NCBI GenBank assembly: GCA_951406725.2
Contig: OX597815.1
Span: 12,090,001 to 12,154,000 of the forward strand
Direction: 5' to 3'
Length of the DNA stretch: 64,000 nucleotides
From: Octopus vulgaris
Taxonomy: Eukaryota
The notes beneath the pieces are model-generated. The model made no database searches. It had not been told where the DNA came from and worked only from the letters and a program-made list of their open reading frames with translations. The position numbers and the translations under genes are program-made. Positions 25,012 through 39,196 of the stretch are shown piece after piece (the stretch's first letter is position 1; every line of letters begins with the position of its first letter).

Positions 25012-25049
25012 GCCCTGATGCAGTACCAGGCAGTGGTAATAATAATAAT

Positions 25050-25096
<47 letters not shown>

Positions 25097-25122
25097 GAAG
25101 AAGAAGAAGAAGAAGAAGAAGA
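24944..25122. repeat. (AAT)n tract with a ~28-bp insert, ending in (GAA)n
   Basis: Direct reading; insert atgccctgatgcagtaccaggcagtgg. Confidence 0.95.
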
Positions 25123-25333
25123 ATATTTAAGAAAACCATTATTATAGATGATGAAGTAAAGTTTATAATCCAAATTGAATGTTAACTTCATAAAAGCAAT
25201 CAACTTGAAAGCAGTGAGTAGACGAAATTATTGAATGCGGTAATAATAAATTGAAGATTTTAACGAGGAAGCAACTCTGAAATATACATCCACAATGTAA
25301 TGTAGATCGGCTATGAGTGAAAACAGCTGAGAG

Positions 25334-25368
<35 letters not shown>

Positions 25369-25739
25369 GAGAAAGAGAGTGAGAAGGAGGGAGAGCAAGT
25401 GTGAGAGAGAGATAGTGAGAGAGAGAGAGCAAGAGTGAGAGAGAGATAGTGAGAGAGAGATAGTGAGAGAGAGAGAGAGAGCAAGAGTGAGAGAGAGTGA
25501 AAGGTGAGTGAGAGAGAGAGAGAGCGAGTCTTGGTGCCGAAACGTAGCAGAGAGAGCGAGAACGAGTCTAGGTTTCTATCTAGATGATAAAGAAAAGAAT
25601 ACTTCTTGTGGATTCTTAATGAATGGATATTTATACAAAATAGAGAAATCCCCCAAAATAAAGAGAAAAATGCGAAAAAGAAGTCAAAATTTGATACATT
25701 AACCCTTTCTTCGGCCTTCTTTTCAAAAACACAAAATAG

Positions 25740-26345
25740 CTACGTTATGGCAAAGCAAAGTAAATGGCTATGACTGAAGTAAAGATTGCTGGAGGAAAAG
25801 ATTGCCGGAGAAAGAGGAACATGATGAAAATCGGACAAGAACGGGATAGTTCTACAAACTGCTCATCCAAAGTCAGAGTAATGGATCAAGGCGTCTCTAG
25901 AATTAGATTAGAACAAATGCAAAACTTCTAGTCACGATAAGATTGTGGTAAATATACACTGGAGTTTTGGTCAGAAATTAGTTTTACCCAATATTGTAGG
26001 TGTCAATGAGGAGAAGAAGCTATGCTTTGCAGAAGATGTTTAATTGAAACTAAAAGAAAAAGTAGAAAAAGTAGGGCATTGCGCCAAAATGAAGAATGAT
26101 ATACTCAAACATTGGAAAGAAGTTAACAATCTGCAGTTACGCTATCAAGATTACAAGTTCAGGTTTATACCTGTAGTTATTGAGGCCCTGGGACATGTAA
26201 CACACTGCCGCCTAAATACCAATAATAATACATTAGGCTTCTCGAAACCAGAAAGCAGAAAGCTAATTCCAAGTTTATCATTTAAATATATATATGAGCA
26301 TGTAAACCCTGTGCATGAGAATACAGACATGAAACATACAAATCT
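25740..26345 (+). mobile_element. R4-like RLE fragment, decayed
   Basis: SHDKIVVNIHW and NLQLRYQDYKFRFIPVVIEALGHV..LGFSK. Confidence 0.75.
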
Positions 26346-26349
26346 GCAA

Positions 26350-26610
26350 ATACATACATGCATACATACATACATACATGCATACATACATACATACATA
26401 CATACATACATACATACATACATACATACATACATACATACATACATACATGCATGCATACATACATGCATGCATACATACATACATACATACATACATA
26501 CATACATACATACATACATACATACATGCATACGTACATACATATATACATACATACATACATACATACATACATACATACATACTACATACATACATAC
26601 ATAGATACAT
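26350..26610. repeat. (TACA)n microsatellite
   Basis: Direct reading. Confidence 0.97.
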
Positions 26611-26704
26611 ACATACGTAGAGACAGAGAGACATATATACATGCGTACATACATGCATATATACATATATATATACATACACACATAAAAAAATACCCTC
26701 GATG

Positions 26705-27210
26705 AAACAGGAAGAGTACAAGAAATGGAGGCACGATCAAGCTGTAAATTTTTACATAGGAACCTTTGCTAGAAATAGGGATTTGCAGCTGGAAATACAT
26801 GTTACAATCATCAGGTCGTAGATGTGCTGGAGTTGGAAAAACGTAAGATTCTGTGGCACTTTTCTATTGAAACGAACGAGAAGTTAGAAAATAATAGACC
26901 GGACATAAGAATTATAGAGGAGGAAAAGCGAAGTTGCTTACTAATAGACCCATTAAGTCCGTTTAATTCCAGGATTGGAAAGAAAGCGGAAGAAAAACAA
27001 AAAAAGCAAAAAAAAATTATATCCCTTAAAATTTGAAATGGGAGGAACCTGGAGTATGAAAACTGTGAAAGTCGTGACTATAATAAATGGTTGGGAACAG
27101 TAAGAATAAAATAGACATGGCTATAAGAGATTAGAATAGGATGCCCTGCAAAATGTTTGTCTCTCAGGGACAGCAAGGATTATCAGGACCATACTAAGCA
27201 CTTGAAATGC
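26705..27210 (+). mobile_element. R4-like RLE fragment, separate copy
   Basis: EYKKWRHDQA; KILWHFSIETNEKLENNRPDIRIIEEEKRSCLLIDPLSPF. Confidence 0.85.
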
Positions 27211-27334
27211 TACTAAAGACTTGTGGATACCTATGATTACTAGTAGTAACCCACTGTCCATACCGATCCAACCAGGGGAAGTGATCGAACCCGAGGAAAA
27301 ACGAAAAACAAAAAAACAAAGAAAGAAACAATAA

Positions 27335-27420
27335 TAATAATAGCTCCAGAAAACAGTGTTATTAGGGACAGCTGGGATACTTCGGAGGATTATTGGCATC
27401 TAAACTTACTTATTGTTGTC
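27335..27420 (+). mobile_element. R4-like extreme 3' end
   Basis: LQKTVLLGTAGILRRIIGI* directly after aataataataat. Confidence 0.65.
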
Positions 27421-29046
27421 CGATATTAGGAAATGTTTTTCTTGTCTAACAGTCTGATCTGTTCTGCGTATATGAAATTATAATAAAAACAATTACATAA
27501 GGAAAAAAAAATTATGATGATTGCGATGATGATGAAGGTAGTGGTAGTGTCAGTGGTGGTGATGGTAGTGGTTGTGGTTGTGGTTGTGGTGATTCTGATG
27601 ATAATGCTCAAAAAGACTAACATCATTATCAATACAACCCAGTTTTTGCATGGCAATGGTGATTCTTATGACGATTGGTAGGAAAACGTTAACAGAAAGC
27701 AATGTTAAAGATCTCATGACGTTGCTCTTTAGGGGATTCAATTAATTTATTAATGAAATTTATATTCTGTCGAATTTAAATAATACTTCCTTTAGTTTAA
27801 TTATTGATTTTCATAAAGTACGATTTAAGATGAAAGTCGAGTCGCATTCATCATAATGTTAAATCTTTTGCAGCATACAGCCAAATAAAAATTGAAGTAT
27901 TAGTAGGAAGAAATTACATTTTGCTTTATTATGTTATTTGTTTGTACGATTGTTTTTTTTTTTAATGATTTGTCTGCAGTGCGATACAAAACATTGCTGT
28001 CGATGCTTTCATTGTCACAGCAACTATATTGAGTGGTTTCCTTTAAACAAAAACCTTTTTTTCTGGCGTCTGTACGGACAGTAAATTAATAGAAGCAAAA
28101 CATTATAGGTACTTAATTAATATATGGAATAATCTGGGAGAACTAAAATTCAAGCTAATCTCTTTGGTATTTTAACGTATAAATGTTTGGTTAAACATAT
28201 AAAATAGTTTAAGTTAGTTTTATCTGTTATCTCTAGCATGAGTTATTCAGTAAATGTTTTAACGCCTCAGTATCATATCCTGATAAAAAAAATAAGAGAG
28301 TATAGGACCTGATTTGATGATTAGTCTTCCATTATTCTGACAAAAATATATTATTGGTTTGTAATATGGTATCACAGAGAGTAGGAATAATATTTTAATA
28401 TTATTCATTGAATAAAATCTCTCACTATATCTGAATTTAGAGATGTTTCTGCATGAAAATTTTAGACAAACTCGCTTTGTATTAAACCAGTTACCAGTGC
28501 AATAAGGCGCACGTCAGGCAAATACGTATTTTGAATATTTAGCTGCACATAAGATTATTAACGGAATTCATAAATAAAATGATTTTAAATATTCGTCGAA
28601 ATATACTTAGTACTGATAATAAAAAGGGTGTTTTACTCATTCGAACAACTTGCTATAAATAGTATCCAACTCTCCCTCAAATGAATCAGTGCACCATTAA
28701 AATGAAAAGAAAGGGCACATAAAAATGAACCTCTTGATATAAATTACATCTGAATACAAAAACAAAAAAAAAAAGAGAATAGGTTGCTTACGATTGAAAT
28801 TACATTTATAATACATTACGACTAGGGATGACCTGAGCAGTAAGAGTAACTACCTGGTTCTTCTAACAGTCCACATATTTAACCTATGGTCAAAACGAAA
28901 TTCTATCCCTTCATCTATAAATATAAATGTATTAAATGTCATGTATATATGTATATATATATATATATATATACACATATATACATGACATTTAATACAT
29001 TTATATTTATAGATGAAGGGATAGAGAGGTATATATATATATATAC

Positions 29047-29114
<68 letters not shown>

Positions 29115-29425
29115 CTCTATATATATACACGCACAAGCACACACATGTATGTATCTATGCTTATAAGGCATTTCAGAAGCTTTATCATCCTGTTTTCTGG
29201 CAATAGACTCTGCTCATTTCCAATTTCTTCACTTGAATGTATTTCGGATATTTGCCAAAAATACACACTGATGTCTATTCAGTGAGTATTAAGTTATCTA
29301 CTAAATATCCATACGTTAAAAATCTCTATGTTATGATAGTTGTATAATCTTAAATTATAGAGCATTATAATGCGAAGTGATATATTTCACTTAATACAGC
29401 TGATTCTTTTCTTTGCTTGTTCCAG

Positions 29426-29506
29426 GTCATTCATACTGCTGAAGAACTCATGAGACCGTTAACAACTCTGGCTGGGGCGTCTATTATTCAAACTCGTGGA
29501 ATGTAA
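29426..29506 (+). other. Candidate terminal coding exon
   Basis: Acceptor ttcttttctttgcttgttccag; reads VIHTAEELMRPLTTLAGASIIQTRGM*; followed by unique AT-rich sequence; product not recognised. Confidence 0.3.
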
Positions 29507-30400
29507 AACTATAATATATAATTCGACCCTTTTACAAAGAATGTGGTGTACTCTTAGAAAGTGTATCTTCTTGCTTCCAAGACTACATAGTGACTCATTC
29601 GCTGATACGAATAATAAAATATAGATATGAAGTAATTTCCTTTAGTGTCGAAATAGCAAAACCAAGTAAATGATTTTTTTAAAAGATTGTTTTTATTTCG
29701 CATTACCTGGTCACGATACGCTTCTCTTTCCCACCAATATTGATTTGATTTGAAAATACGTGTAGTAGAATCGTTAGTTTAATCGGATTCTGTTGTCATA
29801 TTCACTTAAACAGAAACAGCTAATTCGTAAAATGCCCAAATGTACAACTTTAATTCCCCATCCCCAGGAATTATTACAAAATGTTTTTTTTTTCTCTTGT
29901 CCAAAAAGTAGTCGCAATCAGTCTTATGTATGTAAATGGTGGAAGTCGAAATCGTTCATTTTTTTTGGGGAACCGTGTTGGTGTAAAATACATGAAAATG
30001 TTTTTAGAGGAGAACGGAGATATCGTGAGCACAAGATGTCGATGTTCGTTTTTTTATTTTATTTTTATTTTAGGCAGATTAACAAGTTAATTGAGCTTGG
30101 TTGTTCTAGAAGATTTATTTGCTGAATTGGATTTCTCAAAACTACATAAAAAAAAATTTTGATTGATCGTGTGAGAATGTGCTGTCATTGTTTTCGATGT
30201 TTAACTCAGGGAAACCAAGACTACAAATGAAACAACCAAGCCTATTTTGTTTCTTTCTAGGAATATCTAGTGTTACATTATCCATAGTCAGCATTCTTTT
30301 TACTAAGTCGTAAAATGCTATTTGCAGGGTTTGGCTGTTATTTCCAGTATGCCAAGAGACCATGTTAATGCGCCCTCTGTGACTGGCACTACTATGATTA

Positions 30401-30696
30401 AAGGGTAAAGACCCCCTTCGGTCATGAATGACCATGGGATTGCACCTAGAAAGTTACCCTCCTAGACACAAGTCCGGGCAAGGTTGTTTATGGAAGACCA
30501 GCAGTCGCCCATGCATACCAGCCTCCCCTCTCCACGCCACCAGTGTTATCCAAGGGAAAGACAAAGGTCGATACAGCTTGGCACCAGTGACGTCGCAACT
30601 CATTTCTACAGCTGAGTGAACTGGAGCAACGTGAAATAAAGTGCCTTGCTCAAGAACACAACACGCAGCCCGGTCCGGGATTCGAGCTCACAACCT
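30401..30696 (-). mobile_element. tRNA-derived SINE family C, 5'-truncated
   Basis: Minus strand gagctcgaatcccggaccgggc..gttcttgagcaaggcacttta; 14-bp TSD cactactatgatta (30387-30400, 30697-30710). Confidence 0.9.
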
Positions 30697-31374
30697 CACT
30701 ACTATGATTATGGTGCTCTAATTGTGGTTTTGTTTTAGTATTTGAGATACTGGTCAACACAGTGATAGAGGATTAGTTTATTTGATTATGATTTTGCCTT
30801 AGGAAACGAAAAAAAAAATAAAAATGATTGAAATAATGTTTTGTTTTAAATACAAATTTGTAACATTAAGTGGTGTATAAAATTGATTAAGAAAGAAGAC
30901 AAACACTTCAAAGCAACAGATGGAAGGAACCAATTACAAACAATTATTCAGATATTAAATCAGAGAGAAGATCACAAAGGCAATGTTTTTTTTACCCTAA
31001 TAAAAAACAAATAACAGAAGAGATAAAGGAAACCAGAAACAGAGAATTGATCCGCCAAATAAACTTTTTTATGACGATGGAGAATTAAAAGTTATTATTA
31101 GGAAGAAATCTACATAGTATTTAATCGATCCTATCCTTAGATAAGACCACTTAGCATAATAGGTGGTTTTCGTTTCCGTATTACTGATATAATAGTTAGT
31201 GTTGGTACTAGTTAGTAACTGTGGAACTTGATGGTGTTGTGGTGAGAGTTCGCAGTCGTATGTTAACAGTGATGGTACTTGCTTTTGGTGGGATTTTATT
31301 GTCAAGGTTTTGACTTGTGTGGGAGTTGATGGTAATGAACTTTCTAATTGTCTGAGAGTTGATATTACTGAAAT

Positions 31375-31741
31375 TCTCTTTTACTCTCTTTTATTTCTTT
31401 CAGTCATTTGACTGCGGCCATGCTGGAGCACCGCCTTTAATCGAGCAACTCGACCCCGGCACTTATTCTTTGTAAACCCCGGTAAGTTACAGGGACATAA
31501 ACACACCATCATCGGTTGTCAAGCAATGCTAGGGGGACAAACACACACACACAAACACACATATATATATTCATATACGACGGGCTTCTTTCAGTTTCCG
31601 TCTACCAAATCCACTCACAAGGCTTTGGTCGGCCCGAGAATATAGTAGAAGACATTTGCCCAAGGTGCCACGCAGTGGAACCGAACCCGGAACAATGTGG
31701 TTGGTAAACAAGCTACTTACCACACAGCCACTCCTGCGCCT
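31375..31741 (-). mobile_element. SINE family B with internal deletion
   Basis: Aligns to 8000-8407 end to end, missing ~35 bp after gtaaacccc. Confidence 0.92.
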
Positions 31742-32054
31742 ATATTGATTAAGAATGTATAGGAAGTAGTGGCAGTTGTGTATCCATCACGTCTATCTGT
31801 CTTCCTTGAGGATGATAATGTCGCCGTTGCTGACCTCATCACTTCGCAGCATAACCCATAGCAGTATTTACCATGAAACCGAAAGCTTAAAGTGATTTGA
31901 GTGTGCTGGTGCAGTTGTAGACTCATTAAACAAAGATGTTTGAGGTTGCTGATATCTGAGTAAGAGGACAAATTTTCGGGTCTTTGTGTCCCTGGTCCTT
32001 CTTGTCTTGTTCTGTAGTTACGAGACTTGTATAGTGTCAGGGCCCATAGGAACC

Positions 32055-32284
32055 TATTTCTTTATTACCCACATGGGGATAAACATAGAGGGGACAAACA
32101 AGGACAGACATAGGTATTATGTCGATTACATCGACCCTAGTGCGTAACTGGTACTTAATTTATCGACCCCGAAAGGATGAAAGGCACAGTCGACCTCGGC
32201 GGAATTTGAACTCACAACGTAACGGCAGACGAGGTACCGCACAGCATTTCGCCTGGTGTGCTAACGCTTCTGCTAGCTCGCCCT
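32055..32284 (-). mobile_element. SINE family A monomer
   Basis: Reverse complement of 4766-5000; 8-bp TSD taggaacc (32047-32054, 32285-32292). Confidence 0.92.
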
Positions 32285-33320
32285 TAGGAACCGCTTAAAC
32301 TCCGTTCATACTTGGGAGAATTCGTAGGCTCATAGGTTTAGCATTAGTACAATTTTGAATCGAACCAACGGCTTAACTCAGAAAATAGGATATTCTTTCT
32401 TATGCATAATCCTGAAGCGTCAGCTTAAACGGTCTGATCATGTTGCTCGGTTCTTTGAGTTGGCTCAAGCATATCGTGTTCTTTTCGTTGGTCGGCCACA
32501 TGCCACATACACACAGCGTACGAGAAAGTACTTCGTAGAGATGAAGACTGACAGGGATACTGCTCGTAGTGTTGCCCAGGACGACAAGAGCAAATACTGA
32601 GAAATGGTGGATACAGACATGCTGAGAAGGTGCATCCTCCATACTAGAATTTTTCTATAAAATTGTGATTTACTTTTACCCCGCTACGGCTTTGTATTAT
32701 TTCGTTTGTTGAAGAGGACGGGTTTCATTTATTTTAACTCAAAGCTCTGGGCATTCTAGGTGAACTGGAAAAGAATCATAGTATTTTGAGGAAAATTGGA
32801 TTAAGGGTGAGAAGTAAATATAAGTATACCATATCACATAGCATGTCTATAGTTGATATCTTCCTTACCACAGCCATATTGTTTGGCTATATCTTTAGCT
32901 ATCTTCATGGTTTTCATTCTATCAACTATTCATCACTCCACAATATATCCAACAGTAATCCTAATTACTTTCAGAACACCTCTCTATGTGCATTCTTTGC
33001 AAATGAATATCAAAATATCTTTAGACACCCATCCAAATAATGGAATTTACATTTAGAATTGATATTTACGTATGACTGATGAGTTACTTCAGATTCAGTT
33101 ATATTTTGATTTTACATTTATCAATTCCAAAATGCCTTTTTCCCATAGATTTATTAGGTGACGGTCTAAATCACGATTCAGACAGACTAAGGTCATATAT
33201 CATCATCCAAATCCACCGGCCCTGTTAAAACACATTACAAAGGTGGGCTCTGATGAAATGCCTTCCTCTCTAGGGTCCACTCTGGTTTTGCTTTTATATT
33301 GTTGGATTAACCAAACATTG

Positions 33321-33369
<49 letters not shown>

Positions 33370-33372
<3 letters not shown>

Positions 33373-33674
33373 TTATATATAAAATTGAAGTTGTGTGTGT
33401 GAGACTCTGTCTCCTCCGATTTAGATTCCTAACTACTCCCACATTTTGCGGTGCAGTTTAACCAAAAGCGGGTATCTTATAGTCGTGATTAATATCGAGC
33501 CGTTCTGGGTATTAGCGCGCGTCTACAATAAGTCTACGATTAAAAAAAAATTACCATCATTTTTCCGCATTTTTTATGATTTTTGCTCGGCTTATATAAG
33601 GGAATTAACTCTCTAAAAATGCTTTTATAGTTATTTCCCTTACAAACCCGAGCAACGCCGGGCGATACTGCTAG
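33370..33674 (+). mobile_element. Non-autonomous Helitron-type element
   Basis: 5' TC(tttatatataaa), 3' GC hairpin cccgagcaacgccggg then CTAG; inserted between A and T; no TSD. Confidence 0.8.
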
Positions 33675-34449
33675 TATGTATATATTATGGATTTGGAAAT
33701 CAGAAATTCATTTCATATTTAATCTAAATGAATCAATTCTGTACTTCATTTTCTTGAATTTAAGCCGTTGTCCTCTCAAATGTGACATTATACTATTTTC
33801 GATTTTGCGTAGAGCCAAATTCACCAAAATCTATGTACCTGGAAATAATAAATGACTCATGAGATTTTTTTTATTATTCCTCGGTCAATCTGAGTGAGAA
33901 GAAAATCACAAAAATCTACCCGTAATGTTAGTCATGTATTTACCGTTTCTATAGATGACATCGGCAACGCAGTATGACAGATTTGTTTTATAAGTTTACA
34001 TTTAAACAACGAGACTCCTGCTTTAGTCCTTTGGGGTGGCATATTGGGCAGGTGCCACTATCTACAAATTTGGTTCAAATTATGAGGGAAATTATATGAA
34101 ATTCATACATACTCCATCACACGACGTTTATCTGAAATCCAAATTTGCGGCCTTGTAATATGCTGCGTCATATTACTTTTGGCTGGGAGTTATGCTAACA
34201 ATAAATGTACCCGTGGAAAGTTTAGCCACTTACATGCTTGAAATAAAGTATTATGTAATTCAGTTGACTGAACAACATGAACGATCTTCGTCAGAACTGA
34301 TACAAGGTAGACGTGTACGAAAATTACACAAATTGCATCAGATTTCAATCTAACAATAGGTGTCGGTTTATTTATCCCAGTCTGTATTGTGTATAAAATT
34401 GATAGAACCCATTTCGCAAACATGGTTTTCTATTATGTGAGGAGAGAAC

Positions 34450-34800
34450 GATGAACAAATAGGAGGTTATCATTGCGTTTTAATACTGGCAGAGATAACA
34501 ATTCAATGAATGAGTTGAATGGAAACGGTCAGATAGACCTTGAGGTTTTATGGCAATCATATTGTCAGCCGAGTAAAAATGGGAAACTTATTGCAACGGA
34601 ATATTAGCTGAGAAATTTCTTGCACAATTTATCAAAGTGTGGTAAATGCATACATCAGTGTGCGAAACTTTCTGTTGGAGATTGTGAAGGCAGAGGTAAT
34701 TGCAGTGGTTGTAAAGAAATAAATTCATATGAGAGATCAGCTCGGATCGCCTCAAATGGAAAAAGACCTATGATCAAATGCAATAGTGAAGATAAGGAGT
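34450..34800 (+). mobile_element. Possible RTE-type LINE Cys-rich remnant
   Basis: KCGKCIHQCAKL..CSGCK resembles the C.KCGKWIH.RC..F.C.RC motif inside RTE-like RTs; very decayed. Confidence 0.3.
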
Positions 34801-35403
34801 TATTTTATTTTTAGCCTAAGGGTATCGAGGGTTGCATTATCTAACGTGTACTAGCTTATATAATATGAAAGATTTTGATCTGATAGATATAAACTTCTAT
34901 TTATAGCAGGCCGCACATACATCCGAGATTTTACTCCATTAATCCGTAAGGTACTCCTTGAAGTCACGTTGTTTTGAGAATCAGTATTCGCATTGTATTC
35001 AGCTATGTAATCGTTTTATAATAATTTAAACGGAGATTAAAATCATTTCATAGCAATTTCACATCTGCTTAACTCCATTTATATGCGGAAACTATCCATG
35101 CTATACAGTGTAACTAAAACAATAAAAAGGAGAAACGACGAAGGAAAAATATTTAAAATGTAAATAATGACACTAATATAAATCAATTTACACCATATTC
35201 GCTTACGGATGGATAGACGCAGGCAATATTCTGCCACGAGGCATCACATTTATGAATGCATATTTACAACTAATGCCACATGAACTTCAGCTACATTGTA
35301 AATATTGTACTGCTTCCAAAATTGCTTAAACACAAATTACCATTTTAATCCGGGAATCGATGCATAGTAGAAATATTTTATCACTTGAGAAACAATGCTA
35401 CGC

Positions 35404-35460
<57 letters not shown>

Positions 35461-35531
35461 GTGTGTGTGTATGTGTGTGGGCGTATCTATATATACACAC
35501 GCACATATGCACATATATACGAATGTATATG

Positions 35532-35562
<31 letters not shown>

Positions 35563-35660
35563 GCATGTTTGCATGCACATATGTATGGATACGTGTGTGT
35601 ATTTATCCCTCTTTCTCTCTCTCTCTGTATATATATATATAGATATGTATATCTAGCTCC

Positions 35661-35730
<70 letters not shown>

Positions 35731-36280
35731 ATACGTATCTCTGTATTTCTCTCTATCTCTCTCTCTATGTATATAATGAATAATAAATAAATCAATCACT
35801 TAAACATAGGGTGTACAAAATGCAGAAAATAATGAAAATTACCAAATCTATAAGCAATAGCATTAACATCAAGAATACCACAAACACAAACAAGAAAGCA
35901 TCGCACCATCACGACAATAACACCAATAAGAACGTTAAAACATTCAATAAGACAACAAAAATAGTATAAATGGACGCATAAGCCATTTTGAAATGGTGAT
36001 ATTAAGAAAGAAAAATGAGATAGTTGAAAAAGAACAGAATGTTTGATCAGAAAGCATTAAAATCGATGAAACCGGTGAGTGGGGCGGAATTGATCTTCGA
36101 AAGCTATTGAATTGAAAATAATGGGCGTGAAGATGGTAGAGGATACGAGAGAGAGAAAGACAAAGACAAACAATAAATCAGTGCTACGTTACAAAATGTT
36201 TAAATTCGATTATGTATGAGAATATTTAAGAAAAGAGAACCCATTTACATGATTATGTGAATAGGTATACATACATATAC

Positions 36281-36337
<57 letters not shown>

Positions 36338-36357
36338 TACATGCATGTATCTATGCA

Positions 36358-36411
<54 letters not shown>

Positions 36412-36431
36412 TACATGCATGCATCTACACA

Positions 36432-36468
<37 letters not shown>

Positions 36469-36719
36469 GCATATATAAGTCTTAGATTTTGCGTGTGTTT
36501 GTCTGTGCATGAGAATGTTCTTTCACGGATACAGAAATTATTCGGTTGAGGTATGACAATAAAGTATGGATAATTCAATATGGTGTGTTCTTTTGATATC
36601 TTTCTTGTAATCTCTCCGCACCACTACCATCAACTTATTATTACTCCACTACCTCCACTTATATTATTCTGCTGTATATACATGATTTGCTCGTTCTATA
36701 CACACGCACACACACACAC

Positions 36720-36762
<43 letters not shown>

Positions 36763-37041
36763 TATAAGAAGAACCTACCAGAATTGCCTTATGACAATAT
36801 ATTAATATATTTATCTATTCATATATTACACATAAGTGAAAGAGTTGTTGAAGGAATTCATGACATTATTTATAGAAAATATTTCTGAGTTTTAAAGGAT
36901 ACCAGTAATTAGAGGGAAGCGCTGAATCAATTTTACCCCAAGCTCCAAACTCTTTGACTTAAAGTGCAGTGTGCGCATGTATAAACATATGCATGGGCAT
37001 ACAGAATGTATACCTACTTGTAACTTATATGCGTGAGAATG

Positions 37042-37094
<53 letters not shown>

Positions 37095-37096
<2 letters not shown>

Positions 37097-37285
37097 CGCA
37101 TCCTTTTTGTCTCAGGAGGCAATGGAGTTGCGCATAAAATAATCTAGTCCGGCTTTTACATTTCATGTCCTAATACATCTCCTGCTGTGGCTGTGTTGTC
37201 CTATCCTGGACAAACACTCCCTCTGTCATGTGCCGCAAACGTAGCGAAGACTTTGCCTGGCTGGTTGTAACGTCAGAATTTCTTG
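37095..37285 (-). mobile_element. RTE LINE 3' end
   Basis: Minus strand YVCGT*QRECLSRIGQHSHSRRC = RTE C-terminal zinc-finger-like motif. Confidence 0.65.
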
Positions 37286-37562
37286 TATATATGTATGTTT
37301 GTGTATCAGTGCATATAGAATACTCTGAGTGTGTAACTATGAGTTGTTCTATATCAGTGTCTACTTCTATGCGAAGACATGCTAAAATGGTTCAGAAATT
37401 CTCTCCAAGACCATGAGGTACGGGTTTGTAGTGTGCAGCATCTTCGGAAAATATATCATACCGTGCGCTTGATTTGAACCACAGTTCGAATAACATTGGG
37501 TCACCCTAAGATTTGAGGGTGCCCATAATACACATTGTAATTTGAATTCAGTAACTAACATT

Positions 37563-37626
<64 letters not shown>

Positions 37627-37649
37627 GCTAGCTAGCTAGCTAGTAAACT

Positions 37650-37880
37650 ATATTCTTTTATTCTTTTACTTGTTTCAGACATTTGACTGTGACCATGCTG
37701 GAGCATGACCTTAAAGGGTGTTAGTGGGAGAAATCAACCCCAGGACTTATTCTTTGCAAACCTGGTACTTACTCTATCGGTAGCATTTGCTGAACCGCTA
37801 GTTTACGCAGACATAAACATACCTGCATCTGTTGCCAAGTGATGGCGGTGGGGGACAAATACACACAAATATATACGTAT
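37650..37880 (-). mobile_element. SINE family B 3' part, diverged
   Basis: cttttacttgtttcagacatttgactgtgaccatgctggagca..gggggacaaatacacacaaa. Confidence 0.85.
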
Positions 37881-38744
37881 ACAATTATTATTATTATTGT
37901 TTTTTAGTATTTATATTCGTATTATTCTTGTATGTATATTCGTGTAACATCGTCCGTTTTCCGTCCTTGTTTCGTATGCATTCGATACATTTTCCAAGGA
38001 ATCTGATGCTCTTAGCTTAGTTTTTCCTTGCAGCTGGGGAGATTGGAGCAATATAAAGATTAATCAGCCGAAATTGCGAGGATGATCCGGTACTTGACTG
38101 AAGATTAAAGGCTTCGAATGACCCGTCCGCGTTTTTTGTATCGTCTATTTGGATGTTTTGCGTTCTTGTCCCATTTTTTATTTTATATATATATATATAT
38201 ACATATAGCGGCGTACGTACACTTTGTTATATTATACATACATACACACACCCACATATATATATGTATGTGTGTGTGTGGTAGTGGGATATTCCTTTTA
38301 AATTTTATACCCTATATAAATAGAACTGTTAACCCCTCTATCATTATACATGGCTATATATTCCATCGAATTGGTCAGCTGCACTGCAGATCTAAGCACC
38401 TGTTTCTAAGTAAATTTCTTCGAAAGCTGAGCTTCTGTAACCTGAACAGGAATAAATATTTTATATCAATATAATTGCTAACGCACAAGGTTATATTGGA
38501 AAATACTTAAATTACAATTTGGGGAAGTTATATTTTCATGTAAGGAAATGAACTGCCATTTACTTTGAGAATAAGTGATTGGATGTGTAAGACACAGAGT
38601 TATATATACAATTTATAAGTAAAAAAAAAATGCAAGAAATTTAAACAGTTTTACGAGTAATATTTATACTTGTTTTATCCAAATTTCCTTCGCTGGAAAC
38701 CATCTTTAGATTTATCGGAATAGTCCCAATAATTATTAGATATG

Positions 38745-39035
<291 letters not shown>

Positions 39036-39196
39036 TATTTTAGTCTCTTCATATGTGTATATACCAATATATATATTTAGAGAGAGAGATTTGTGTATAC
39101 ACAGATGCATATACACGCTCGCCCCTACTTACATAAATATATATATACACCTACGCATCGTGAGGAAACTCGTCACAATATTTAACCGTATCATTT

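Noticed and set aside
31090-33120. Gypsy integrase remnant on minus (RKRKPPIMLSGLI*, GP*HYT, DRMKT)
   Set aside because: Only short scattered resemblances; no DDE core or LTR pair recognisable
33246-33330. Hammerhead CUGAUGA AAUG..CAUU GAAA
   Set aside because: Runs into (TA)n with no stem I partner; at best a truncated motif
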